Shown here: positions 23,540-35,419 of the stretch, in pieces
How positions within the stretch are numbered: the stretch's first letter is position 1
Layout: each line of letters begins with the position of its first letter
Assembly (NCBI RefSeq): GCF_963921235.1
Contig: NC_086098.1
Location: forward strand, 6,944,001-7,008,000
Length of the DNA: 64,000 nt
Reading direction: 5' to 3'
DNA from: Mobula hypostoma
Taxonomy: Eukaryota
Translations under genes and position numbers: made by a program
Notes under the pieces: generated by a model
Told to the model about the DNA's origin: nothing
Database searches by the model: none
Seen by the model: the letters and a program-made list of their open reading frames with translations, nothing else

Positions 23540-24198
23540 ATTAGATTATGAGAACACTCAGTCCTCTTTTTATTGTCATTTAGAAATGCATACCTGCATT
23601 AAGAAATGATACAATGTTTCTCTGGAGTGATATCACAGAAAACGGGACAAACCAAAGACTAACACTGACAAAACCACATAATTATAACATATAGTTACAG
23701 CAGTGCAAAGCAATACTATAATTTGATGAAGAACAAACCATGGGCACGGTAAATAAAGTCTCAAAAGTCCCCAAGTCGATCGACTCCCGAGTCCCCGATA
23801 ACAGGCGGCAAGAGGGAGAAACTCCCTGCCATAAACCTCCAAGCACCGTCAACTTGCTGATACCTTGGAAGCAGCCGACCCCAGCTGACCCTGAGTCCAT
23901 CCGTCCGAAAACTCCGAGCTTCCGAGCAGCCTCTCTGATACAGCCTCCTGAACGCCTTCGACCTAGCCCGGCCGCTGAAACACGCAAAGCCGAGGATTTC
24001 GGGGCCTTCTGCTCCGGAGATTCCGGTTACCACACAGTAGCAACAACAGCGAAGGGGGCATTTCGGAAGTTTTCCAGATGTTCCTCCATGCTGTCACGTC
24101 TGTCTCCATCAAATCAGAATTGTGCACGGCACCCTACTTGACAGATTACAGACATCATCACCGACGTGGTCACGCGCGCTGCCGTAGCACCGCCATCT
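23540..24198 (-). mobile_element. Apparently full-length ORF-less retroposon with AGATGGCGG head
   Basis: Minus strand begins AGATGGCGGTGCTACGGC, is CpG-rich, and ends ttctcataatctaa. Confidence 0.75.
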
Positions 24199-24214
24199 GC
24201 AGTGTACAGTGGAA

Positions 24215-24490
24215 TGTGCCATCACGTCAACAACCAGCACAGTCCAGGATGTGCTGGGGGCAGCCCACAAATGTCGCTACGCTTTCGGTAGCAATATAGC
24301 ATGCTCAGAACTTACTAACCCTAACCTATGTGTCTTTAGAATGTTGGAGGAAACCAGAGCACCCAGAGGAAACCCACGTTGTGATCGGAAGAACATACAG
24401 ACTCCTTATAGGCAGTGGCGGGAACAGAACCCCAATGTTGATTGCGGGTGCTGTAAAGCGTTATGCTAAACACTACCCCACCATGTTACC
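24215..24490 (-). mobile_element. V-SINE with alternative 3' segment
   Basis: tRNA-like head at ~24440-24490, V domain at 24330-24380, then the ...gggctgcccccagcacatcc... segment also seen at 19080-19240, 19850-20050 and 53065-53195. Confidence 0.65.
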
Positions 24491-26734
24491 TTGTCCTGTG
24501 ACTGGATATAGGTTCCACCCCATAGAAACCGATCGGTGATCACTGGGACTGTCAAGTGATTGCACGAACCGCTACACCACTGTGAAGCCCATAATTTCAC
24601 TGCATTACTGAGCTGACTGGCAAGTAGCTCTCTGATAATGATTATATTTTACCTGAATGTTATGTGTTTTATTCTGTCATGATCAGATTTATTATCCATC
24701 TGTAGTTAGAACATAGAACAAGATCATAACAGCACAGTCAGGCCCTTCAGCCCATGATGTCTTAACCTTCTCTAAGATCAATCTATCCCTTCCCTCCTAT
24801 GTAACCCTACATTTATCTATCAAAATATACCTATCTAAATGCTTATCTATACCACCACCTTTGGCAGGCATTCCATGCACCCATCATTTTCTGTGTAAAA
24901 ATAACTTACCTCTGACATCCCTCCACCCACTATACTTTCCTTCAATCACCGTTAAGTGATTCTCTGGCATATTAGCCATTTCTGCTCTGGGCAAATATCT
25001 CAGGCTGTCCACTCTCTCTGTGCCTCTTTTAATCTTGAGAGATTACTGAAGAGCAGTAACAGGAACTGATTATAGAATCTCTGATATTATTAACTAATCC
25101 ATTGGGCTCTTAATGGCAATCTGACATTAGCACACAAATTATTTATAAATTGCTATCACATGAAGTGATCAATTCTAAACACAATAGATTCTGCAGATGT
25201 TGGAAATCCAGATCAGGATGCACAAAATTCTGGAGGATCTTAGCAGGGCAGGCAGCATTTATGAAAAAGAATAAACAATCGATGTTTCAGGCCAAGACCC
25301 TTCTTCAGGACTGAAGTATGTATTTTGGTCTGCTTGAAATAAGCCTTGAGTGTGACATAAGGTCTTAGGATGATGCATTCCATATAACAATAGACAACAA
25401 TCTAATGTCTGTATTATTTTCTTTACTTAGTCTTGACCTGTTAGTGATTTTTAGAGTGTTGCATTTACTGTCAATCTGTATAAGCCTGAGATGTGGTGGC
25501 AAAACTTACCCTCTAATTGCCCCAGTCTTCGAGATGCTTCTTGCCCAATTATGTCAGATTGTGTGATTAAGGACCTTCTCACTGCTCAGAAGAATGAGAA
25601 ATCTGACATTAGCTCACCAGATTCTGAAACAGTTATTACCCCTCAACCATCAGGCTCTTGAACCAGAGGGGATAACTTCACTCAGCCCAACACTGACCTG
25701 TTCCCACAACCCACACACTCACTTTCAAGGACACTTTGTCTCATGTTTTCGATATTTCCTTGTCCTCTGCACATTGGTTGTCTTTCTGTCTCATCGTGTG
25801 CAGTTCTTCATTGTTTCTTTTCGGTTCTTATGCACTTACTATGAATGCCTGCAAGAAAGTGAATCTCAGGTTTGTATACGGTACATAAATGTACTTTGAT
25901 AACAGATTTAATTTGAGCTTTGAAATCATTGCAAGTGGAGAACTGACGTACTCTGGTCTGCTCATTTTGAGTGTAACATAACAACTTTGGGCAATGCATT
26001 TCATAAAACAGTGGATAACAGCCTAACGTTTGCTGTCCAAGTTTTTTATTCTGACTTAGCCTTTCGCTGATAATGATTTTTAGAATGTTGAATTTATTGC
26101 CCATGTATAGCGTGATACCAAACATTTTCCTCAAACTACATCAATCTTAGAAGTGTTTCTTGCCCAGTGATGATGTCAGACTGTTGGATTAAGGACCTTC
26201 TCCCTACTGAGAAGAACCAGTTCCAAGTCATGATGGCATATGCAGTTGTGGGAGACTGTTGCAACAACATTGTGACACATGACTTTATTAGCTGCAGGGG
26301 GAATTAAGTGGACCTCTTGCAGCGAACACAGAAATTGTTATATTCCTGCACTGTGTTACTTGGAACTACACAGCGGATCTATCTGTGTTCAGAAGGCCAA
26401 AATTTTAAATGTTTTGCATTGGTCTGGTAACCAAAGTACTCAGTTAATCATTGTGAACTGATATTTTCATAACAAATTTAAGATTGATTTTTTTTCTGTG
26501 TATTGAGGAACTTGGTCATAGAAATGATATAAGGGGCCTATTTTATAAATACTCCCTGGGGGTGAGGCACATTGCCAGAAAATTCCCGCTCTGACAATAG
26601 CCTCTACTGAAAATGTAAAGTTATATTTTGTACAATTTGTTATCTGTTCTCTCTGTTCCGAACTCCTGACGCTATTCTTCCCTATTCTCACTGCAGCAAG
26701 CTGTAAGCACAAAGTCAAGCTGTCCAAGAGGAGA

Positions 26735-26975
26735 GTGGTGGTACTGCCCTGGGTGGTGGTGGTACTGCCCTGGGTAGTGGTGGTACAGCCCTGGGTAGTG
26801 GTGGTACTGCCCTGGGTAGTGGTGGTACTGCCCTGGGTGGTGGTGGTACTGCCCTGGGTGGTGGTGGTACTGCCCTGGGTAGTGGTGGTACTGCCCTGGC
26901 TGGTGGTGGTACTGCCCTGGCTGGTGGTGGTACTGCCCTGGGTAGTGGTGGTACTGCCCTGGGTGGTGGTGGTAC
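26735..26975. repeat. 21-bp minisatellite, ~11.5 copies (GTGGTGGTACTGCCCTGGGTR)
   Basis: Near-identical units read directly from the sequence. Confidence 0.97.
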
Positions 26976-26988
26976 AGGCAGATGCATT

Positions 26989-27465
26989 CATAGAACACAG
27001 AATAGTACAGCACAGTACAGGCCCTGCGGCCCACAATGTTGTGCCGACCCTCAAACCCTGCCTCCCGTATAACCCCCCACCTTAAATTCCTCCATATACC
27101 TGTCTAGTAGTCTCTTAAACTTCACTAGTGTATCTGCCTCCACCACTGACTCAGGCAGTGCATTCCACGCACCAACCACTCTCTGAGTAAAAAACCTTCC
27201 TCTAATATCCTCCTTGAACTTCCCACCCCTTACCTTAAAGCCATGTCCTCTTGTATTGAGCAGTGGTGCCCTGGGGAAGAGGCACTGGCTATCCACTCTA
27301 TCTATTCCTCTTATTATCTTGTACACCTCTATCATGTCTCCTCTCATCCTCCTTCTCTCCAAAGAGTAAAGCCCCAGCTCCCTTAATCTCTGATCATAAT
27401 GCATACTCTCTAAACCAGGCAGCATCCTGGTAAATCTCCTCTGTACCCTTTCCAATGCTTCCACA
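26989..27465 (-). mobile_element. Young CR1 3' fragment
   Basis: ORF 27051-27464 is almost identical to the C-terminus of 12860-14563. Confidence 0.93.
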
Positions 27466-27752
27466 TTTGAGGCATTTAGGAAACTCTTGGATTGGAGGAA
27501 TGTTTTGGTGGGATGTCAGAGGTAACTCCCTTACACAGAGAGGGGTGGGTGTGTGGAACAGATTGCCAAGGGTGCTGGTACAGGCAGATACATCCAGGGC
27601 ATTTAAGAAACTCTTGGATTAGAGGGAAGTATACCGGCGTGGGTGATGTCAGAGGTGAGTTGTTTGCATAGAGCATGCTGGGTGCATGGAACACGCTGCC
27701 AGGGGCGGTGAGAGAGGCCTACACATTTGGGGCATTAAAGAGACTCTTAGAT
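27463..27752 (+). repeat. Diverged ~125-bp tandem repeat derived from the CR1 ORF2 end
   Basis: The motif gcattta(a/g)gaaactcttggatt / gcattaaagagactcttagatt recurs at ~27472, ~27599 and ~27732; gatgtcagaggt occurs twice. Confidence 0.75.
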
Positions 27753-27754
27753 TT

Positions 27755-28015
27755 TATAATTTATTTATTGAGATACAGCGCAGAGTGGGCGAGTTGCGCC
27801 GCCCTGCAATCCCCTGACTTAATTCTGGCCTAATCATGGGGCAGTTCGCAGTGACTAATGAGCCTACGAATTGGTACGCCTTCGGACTGTGGGAGGAAAC
27901 CGGAGCACCCAAAGGGAAACAGGGAGAATGTACAAACTCCTTACAGGCAGTGGCGGGACTTGAACCCCAGTCACCAGTGCTGTAGAGTGTTGTGCTAACC
28001 ACTAGGTTGCCGTAC
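27755..28015 (-). mobile_element. V-SINE (HE1-like)
   Basis: tRNA-like head (agtggttagcacaac...ggttcaagtcc), V domain, and CR1-like tail with (aaat)n. Confidence 0.75.
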
Positions 28016-28257
28016 TGGTGTATAAGCCCATGGGTGATGGAAAATTGGAGGGCTATGTAGGCTGGAAGGGTTAGATCGATCTTAAGGGGTTAAAAGGTGG
28101 GCACGACATCATGGGCCCAAGGCTGTTCTGTAATCTTCTATGTTCTATGTACAATATTTTGTGTGGCCGTCTTTAACTTCAAAGGTGGAATGACATAAAT
28201 AAAAATTAAATTTTCCTTCTTCCGTAAGTCCATGTCAGCCCCATATCTCACTTTTAG

Positions 28258-30085
28258 ACCATGAGACCAGAAGATATATAGGAGCAGAGATAGGCCATTC
28301 AGCCCATCGAGGCTGCGCTGATATCCCCATCATGGCTGATCCCGGATCTCACTCAACCCCACACACCTGCCTACTCACCACATTCTTTGATGCCCTGACC
28401 AATCAGGAAACTATCAACTTCTACCTTAAGTATAACCAAGAACTTGGCCTCCACTGCAGTCTGTGGCAGAGCATTCCACAGATTCACTGCTCCATGGCTA
28501 AAAAAGTTTCTCCTTACCTCTGTTCCAAAGAGTCACCCCTCAACTTTGAAGCTGTGCCCTCTCATTCTGGATACCCCCACCTTAGGAAACATCCTTTCCA
28601 CATCCACCCTATCTGGTCCTTTCAACTTTCGGTAAGTTTCAATGAGATCCCATGCATTCTTCTAAATTCCAGTGAGTACAGGCCCAAAGCTGCCAAATGC
28701 CCCTCACATGTTAATCCCTTCATTGCCAGAATTGTCCTGGTGAATCTCTTCTGGACTGTCTCCAATGACAACATATTCTTTCTGCATTATGGGGGCCAAA
28801 ACTGTTGACAATACTCCAAGTGCAGCCTAGAGGTGTATAAGGTAATGAGAGACATCGATCGTGTGGATAGTCAGAGGCTTTTTCCCAGGGCTGAAATGGC
28901 TAGCACGAGAGGGCACAGTTCTAAGGTGCTTGGAAGTAGGTACAGAGGAGATATCAGGCGTAAGTTTTTTATGCAGAGAGTGGTGAGTGCGTGGAATGGG
29001 CTGCCAGTGATGGTGGTGAAGGCAGATACAATAGGGTCTTTTAAGAGACTCCTGGACAGGTACATGGAGCTCAGAAAATTAAAGGGCTATGGGTAACCCT
29101 AGGTAATTTCTAAGGTCAGGACATATTCAGCACAGCTTTGTGGGCTGAAGGGCCTGTATTGTGCTGTATGTAGGTTTTCTGTGTTTCTATGTTTAACTAG
29201 TGTAACCCTGAGGTTCGGCCAGCATATGTTTGTCTAGGGTAAGACAGCCTCTGGCCCAGTCAAACTGAGAAATATCGTTTGTGTGGATGCCACGTGATGT
29301 GTTGCCCGGTTACAAATCTGAACTGCAAAATATCAGACAGTACATCATATGTAATTAAACAATTGAACTTTATAGATCTTAATCTGACTATGGGGTTAGT
29401 AAAGATAATACAAAGAAAAAAGGGCCCATTTTAATGAAACAGTCTAAAGTGCACGTTGGAGCTACCTGAATCGTCCATTCGACTCCCATCGACCTCCTCC
29501 AAGTGTCGCTGACTGTCGGACCCTCGCTCTAAGTCCACTCCGTCCGGCCTCCTACCAATTCTTTCCATTCGCGTCTTCTCTCTTCATCTCTCGCCGACAA
29601 AAGACCATGAAATCCCTGCTGCCACACCCACAAGAAAAAACAACATGCCTGTCATTGTCTAACATATATTCCAAAGGCCCTGTTATCTCTAGTCATAACC
29701 CAAACATTACTGCTACAGAGAAACCATTACGTTAGCAGTGAAACGTTACAGAGAGGCCATTCCATTAGCAGTGAAACCTTTCAGTGCATTACACTAGTGT
29801 CTTATAAAGGCTCAGTATTATATCCTTGTTTTTATAGTCTATGCCCTTGAAATAAATACCATCATTGCATTTCCCTTCATTACCACAGACTCAACCTGTA
29901 AATTAACCTTGTGGGAGTCTTGCATGAGGACTTCTAAGTCCCTCTGTACCTCTGATGTTTGAACCTTCTCCCCATTTAAATAATGTTCAGCGCTATTGTT
30001 CCTTTTCCAAAATGTATTATCATACATTTCCCAACACTGTATTCCATCTGCCACTTTTTTGCACATTCTTCCAATTTGTCTAAGT
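28258..30085 (-). mobile_element. CR1 fragment interrupted by a + strand CR1 (28829-29193) and a solo LTR
   Basis: The host reads through ...tactccaagtgcagcct / aactagtgtcttataaagg... across both insertions. ORFs 28833-29096 (+) and 29839-30066 (-) are CR1. Confidence 0.85.
29201..29793. mobile_element. Solo LTR (Gypsy-like, 593 bp)
   Basis: Termini TGTAA...TTACA; 4-bp TSD CTAG at 29197-29200 and 29794-29797; internal direct repeat ttagcagtgaaac. Confidence 0.8.
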
Positions 30086-30109
30086 TTTGCTTAAAAACTA
30101 TATGGTCTA

Positions 30110-30638
30110 TACCCAGTAGCCACTTTATTAGGTACACCTGTATACCTACTCATTAATGCAAATATCTATATCACGTGGCAGCAACTCAATGCATAAAACC
30201 ATACAGAGGTTTAGTTATTGTTCAGACCAAACATCACAATGGGGAAGAAATGTGATCTAGGTTACTTTGATCGCAGAATGATTGTTGGTGCCAGATGGGG
30301 TGGTTTGAGTATCTCAGAAACTGCTGATCTCCTGAGATTTTCATGCACAACCGTCTCTAGAGTTTACAGAGAATGGTGCAAAAAATTAAAAAAAAAATCC
30401 AGTGAGCAGCAGTTCTGTGGCCAAAAACCCCTTGTTAATGAGAGAGGTCAGAGGAGAATGGCCAGACTGGTTCAAGCTGACGGGAAGATGGCAGTAACTT
30501 AAATAACCACATGTTACGACAGTGGTGTGTAGAAGAGCATCACCAAATGCACAACACGTCGGATCTTGAAGTGGATGAGCTGCAGCAGCAGAAGAAGACC
30601 TCAAGAATACACTCAGTGGCTACTTTATTAGGTATAGG
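30110..30638 (+). mobile_element. Tc1-type non-autonomous element
   Basis: TIR plus MGKKCDLGYFDRRMIVGARWGGLSISETADLL...RGQRRMARLVQAD. Confidence 0.9.
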
Positions 30639-30974
30639 ACCATAAATATAAGGTTAGCAGGCTAGAAATTTGTCTTCAGTGACTTACCCCAAACTTGCAT
30701 AGATATATCAATGGCTGTAGGTTTGTACGCCACACCTGAAGGCCATTTGCTGAGTAATTCCAAATGTATTATTATTCCAGAAGAAAGATGATCACAGCTT
30801 GATTGGAAAAGGTAGAATTTGAGTGATCAATTTATCTTGACAGATTTTCTGCAATCTGCAGTGTAACTTTTGGTTTGCCTAATTGAAAGCTTGTCAGAAG
30901 TAACTGGTGTAAGTGAATTATGTCCTCTTAGACATTGAAAATTCAAGATTCTTCAATATAATTTTTATATTTAT

Positions 30975-31225
30975 TTTATTTATTTATTGAGATCCAGCGC
31001 GGAATGGGCTCTTCCGGTTCTTCAAGCCCAACAATCCCTGATTTAATCCTACCCTTATTTACAACGACAGTTATCCTACCAACCCGTACATCTTTGGTCT
31101 GTGGGAGGAAACCAGAGTACCCCAGAGGAAACAACACGATCACGGGGAGAAACTACAAACTCCTTACCGACAGGCGGGAATTGAACCCCAGTTGCCTGTA
31201 CCATAAAGGTTGTGCTAACCATTAC
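30975..31225 (-). mobile_element. V-SINE (HE1-like)
   Basis: Reverse V domain tctttggtctgtgggaggaaaccagagtacc; (ttta)n tail. Confidence 0.7.
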
Positions 31226-33111
31226 GTTATCGTGTACGCCTTCTAGTACACAAGTGTAAAGAAGAACAAATGAATTGTTACCCTGCATCTGATGCAGTAC
31301 AAAAAACACACAGTAAGATAAAGAGCAAAATAATCAAAAACCACAATAAATATAAATACATTAAGTATCTTATATACATAGATTGATTGTATGTGCACAA
31401 AGTGACGCAAGGCACAATGTTGTTCTCAACCTGACATTTTTTTCTCTCTGATTATTTCTTGAAGAAACATCTTTATTTTCAATTAAAGCTGCTGCTTGGG
31501 GGGGCGGGGGGGGCGGCACGGTAGCACGTCGGTTAGCGTAATCAGGCCATCTCCAAATGGGGTTCAATTTCCACTGCGGTCTGTTGGTGTTGGACACATC
31601 ACTGGACCAATTCCACAACCTATGTGCTCACGTTCAAGAACTCTACAACTCATACTCTCCATATTTACTGCTTATTTATTATTTAGGTTTTTTTTTCCTT
31701 TTTTGTATTCGGACAATTTGTTGTCTTTTGCACATTGCTCGCTTGTCCATCTTTGTTGTGTGCAATTTTCCGAATCACAATCAGGTTTAATATCACTGGG
31801 ATATGTCGTGAAATTTGTTAACCTCGCATTAACAAATTTCACTCTGCATTGTGCATTCGTTGATTCTATTCTGTTTCCTTGTATTTACTGTGAACACCTG
31901 CAAAAAATGAATATCAGGTTAGTATATAGTGACATATATGTACTTCGATAATAAATTTAGTTTACTTTGAAATTTGTTTAAAGGTATGAATTTACACTAA
32001 AATATAAAAGGGTTATAGTGTAAAGAAAAGAAGTCATTAGGTGGAACTTAATTTAGAATTGAAAATTATATCGTAACCCGAACCTGTACTCGCTGCAGAT
32101 CCCCCACTGACAAAAATTAGAATTTTAATTATTGTGAAGGTGTATTGAATGTGCAACAACATGCCAAACTTTGGCTGAGGAATTCTGTACCTGAATTGAA
32201 GACTTCTCAGATGAGGAGAGAGTGTGTCGGGAGCGCCCATCCACTTCACTGGCAGACAGAGATCCCCTTGTTCCTTTTCTTCACGTACCAACAGCAGTCA
32301 CTGAGTAACGGCCTCAAGTAAATCTCTGATGAGTGATATGTTACTTGTTGGCAAAAAGCCCTGAAAACCGAAGCAGAAATCACAACAACTAACTCCCATC
32401 ACCCTGGGCACCTCGATTTTCTTTCACCCCAACCCCCTGAGCTCATCACTGCACCAGGAGGTTTTCTCATTTTCTCCACGGTAACGGGGACCCCCAATAT
32501 TGCTGACCCTAATTAATTGCCAGATAAAAAGAACTGATTCTTCATTTTTTTTCTTTCTTTCCATTAAATCCCTCATTCTGTGTTTTTTTTTTGTGTGTAT
32601 TTCCTGAAAGATCTCAAAGCTCTCAGTTAGTGGAATGCAGGCTGGGGATTAACGGGACTAATCTGTAATAAATTCAGGATGTGATCTGCTCTGACCTCAT
32701 CAACTGAATCAGTTGAAAAGTTACTTTATAAGTCCCTGAGTTATTCTTTAACAAAATAAATGCAAGGCAGGACACTTCTCAGACCTACTCAATTGTACTC
32801 AATGAAGCTTTGGTTTTCAAATTCTTCAGTATGTTTGCAGAGAAGCAGATTTTACACTCGATTGGAACAAATGAAGCAATCAGGGATCCAAATGGGACAC
32901 AAAAGTAGAAATAATTAAAAGCATACTGACTCCGAGACTGAATGCAAGAGGACTGACTTTGTCGTGCTTTGCATGTGATGCCGATATTGGAGCTGTTTAA
33001 ATATCTACGCAGTTTCCAGCACTTTAGGACCACTGCATCAATAGCTCCGAAAACACAAGAAAGTGTGACATATTTTGATGTAAAACCCTTTTTGTTTCAA
33101 TATACCTTCTG

Positions 33112-33635
33112 AACCTAATAAAGTGGCCAGTGAGTGTATGTTTGTGTGGTCATTTTGCTGATGTAGCCCATCCACCTCAAGGTTCGATGAGTTGTGTGTT
33201 CAGAGGTGCTCTTCTGCACACCGTCGTTATAACTTGTGGTTAAGTTACTGTCGCATTTCTGTCAGCGTGAACCAGTCTGGCCATTCTCCTCTGACCTCGC
33301 TCATTAACAAGGCTTTTTCACCCACTGAGCTGCCACTCACTGGATATTTCTTTGTTTTTTTGCACCACTCCAGGTAAACTCTAGAGACTGTTGTGTGTGA
33401 AAATTCCAACAAATCTGAGGCTGAAACCACCCCATCTAGCCCAATCATCCCACGGCCGAAGTCACTTAGATCACATTTCTTCTCCATTCTGCTGTTTGGT
33501 CTGAATGACAACCGAACCTCTTGACCGTGTCTGCATGCTTCTATGCATTTAGTTGCTGCCACATGATTGGCTGATCAGACCTTTGCATTAATGAACAGGT
33601 GGGGAGGTGTACCCAATAAAGTGGTCACTGAGTGT
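33112..33635 (-). mobile_element. Tc1-type non-autonomous element
   Basis: TIR ...aataaagtggtcactgagtg followed by TA; EKKCDLSDFGRGMIG remnant. Confidence 0.88.
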
Positions 33636-34120
33636 AACGATGTTGCAATTTCCTCCAATTATGACATCCATTTCTATATCAACCAGTTCTGCCATCCAAG
33701 GCACGGTTGCAAGTTGCTTCTTTGGCTGATATGCATTGCTTCTCATTGCAGCAGGATGGCTGAACTTGCATCAAGGGTTAACGTTCTGTGAAAGGAAGTT
33801 CGATTTCAGTGACATGTGTTTTTCATTCATCCATGAAAATAAATCCACTGCTCATATAATGTCGGCTCCAAATTGCACTTTATATTCTCATGCATACATA
33901 AATTGTATCACTGTACAAAAGTGAGTTTGTTCTGTAGGCCGGTGATTTATTGTTTTAAATGAGTTACAGTGGGAAACAGAAGTCAAAGTTGTCTTGGAAT
34001 TTAATTAGTTACAAAACCCTGGCTCACTACTGATAGTGGATGGGCCCTGAAGTTACAAGGGTAGTAACAAAGGTGAATGTAGGTATTCGGCTAGTTCTTC
34101 TTTACACTTGGTTCTCGTGT

Positions 34121-34844
34121 CAGACCGTCACAGTTCCCTCTACAGTATATGCATATGCGCACTCGCGTTCCTTTTCCTACCAGCGCACAGAGGAATTTAA
34201 ACTGCTCACAAAAGGCTGTTACCCTCTACCTCACTGGCATGTTAAGTATATTTCATGATCGTACACAATCACATTTCCTTTCCGGTTTTTGATGAAGACG
34301 GTGTTTGCAATGTGGAGTTTGCGATGATTTTTCTGCAGATTTTAGAACGGGCTTATTTTTATGGAACTGTTTTTATTGAAGAATTTATTGATTCACTATG
34401 TTGAATTTGAAAGTGCCAAAGACCTGCTGGCTCATTTAAAGGGGAATGGCTTAATGAAGCATTAGACACTGTTGCCCTGAAAGCTCATGAGGTCAGGCAC
34501 ATGCAGCTACGTAAAGTTCTCCCCTACAACACAGGAGCTGGTGTGACCTGCGTGTATTGCCGCAATTCAAAAGTTGCTGGAGAATTTGCAAGTGGGAAGA
34601 AGTAGAATGATATTTGGAAACTCGACCTTTTAAAGCATCATTTAGCAAGCAAATCACATGTAGGAGGTGTGCAAAAACTCCAGTGAGAAAATCCTTCATT
34701 GCCCGCTGCAGCCCTGCTGCGTATATTTTGTGAGAGTGCAGATGAAAGGGAGCAAAAACGAAAGTCAGTGCACACATGTTGTCACTGGGTTAAAAAAATG
34801 AACAGCACTGGATTTTTGCACATTACAAATGAGAGGGAACTTTG
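34121..34844 (+). mobile_element. hAT (Tip100-like) deletion derivative with N-terminal zinc-finger remnant
   Basis: TIR-like cagttccctcta / gagagggaactttg; imperfect 8-bp flanks tctcgtgt / cctcgagt. 34410-34760 translates SFKGEWLNE...CVYC...WKLDLLKHHLASKSH with two stops. Confidence 0.65.
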
Positions 34845-35419
34845 CCTCGAGTCAGAGAAAAGTACAGCACAGAAACAGGCCCCTGGACCAATGTAGTCCA
34901 TGCCAAATCATTTAAACTGCATACTCCCATTGACCTGCACCGGGACCATTTCAAATTTCAAGTAAATGTATTAGAACATAAAAATACAGCATGGGGAATA
35001 GGCCATTCGGCCCACAATGTTGTGCTGAACCAGCTGAAAGCAAATCAAAAACATCCAAGCACTAATCCCTCCTACCTACACAATGACCATAACGCTCCAT
35101 CTTCCTTACATCCATGTGCTCATCCACATGTCTCTTAAAAGCCTCTGAAGTATTTGCCTCTACCGCCATACCAGGCATCCACGCTCTCTGAGTAAAAAAC
35201 TTGCCCCTCTCACCCCCTCTCTGTTATCAACGTATATATAGCATAGATAACCTTGGCACCCACAAAGCGAAGAAATGCAGTTGGATCCATGAAAAATCAC
35301 AAACTACAAAGACAGTCAAACTTTCAGTGTGCAAAAAAAAACAAATCGTATGAATAATTTAAAAAGTAAAGAAATAATATATAGAATTGCAGAGACCCCA
35401 GCTGCAGAGTCAGTTCAGT

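Noticed and set aside
26467..27085. Mucin-like (TTTTQGS)n and other low-complexity ORFs
   Set aside because: They are translations of the 21-bp minisatellite running into a CR1 3' UTR.
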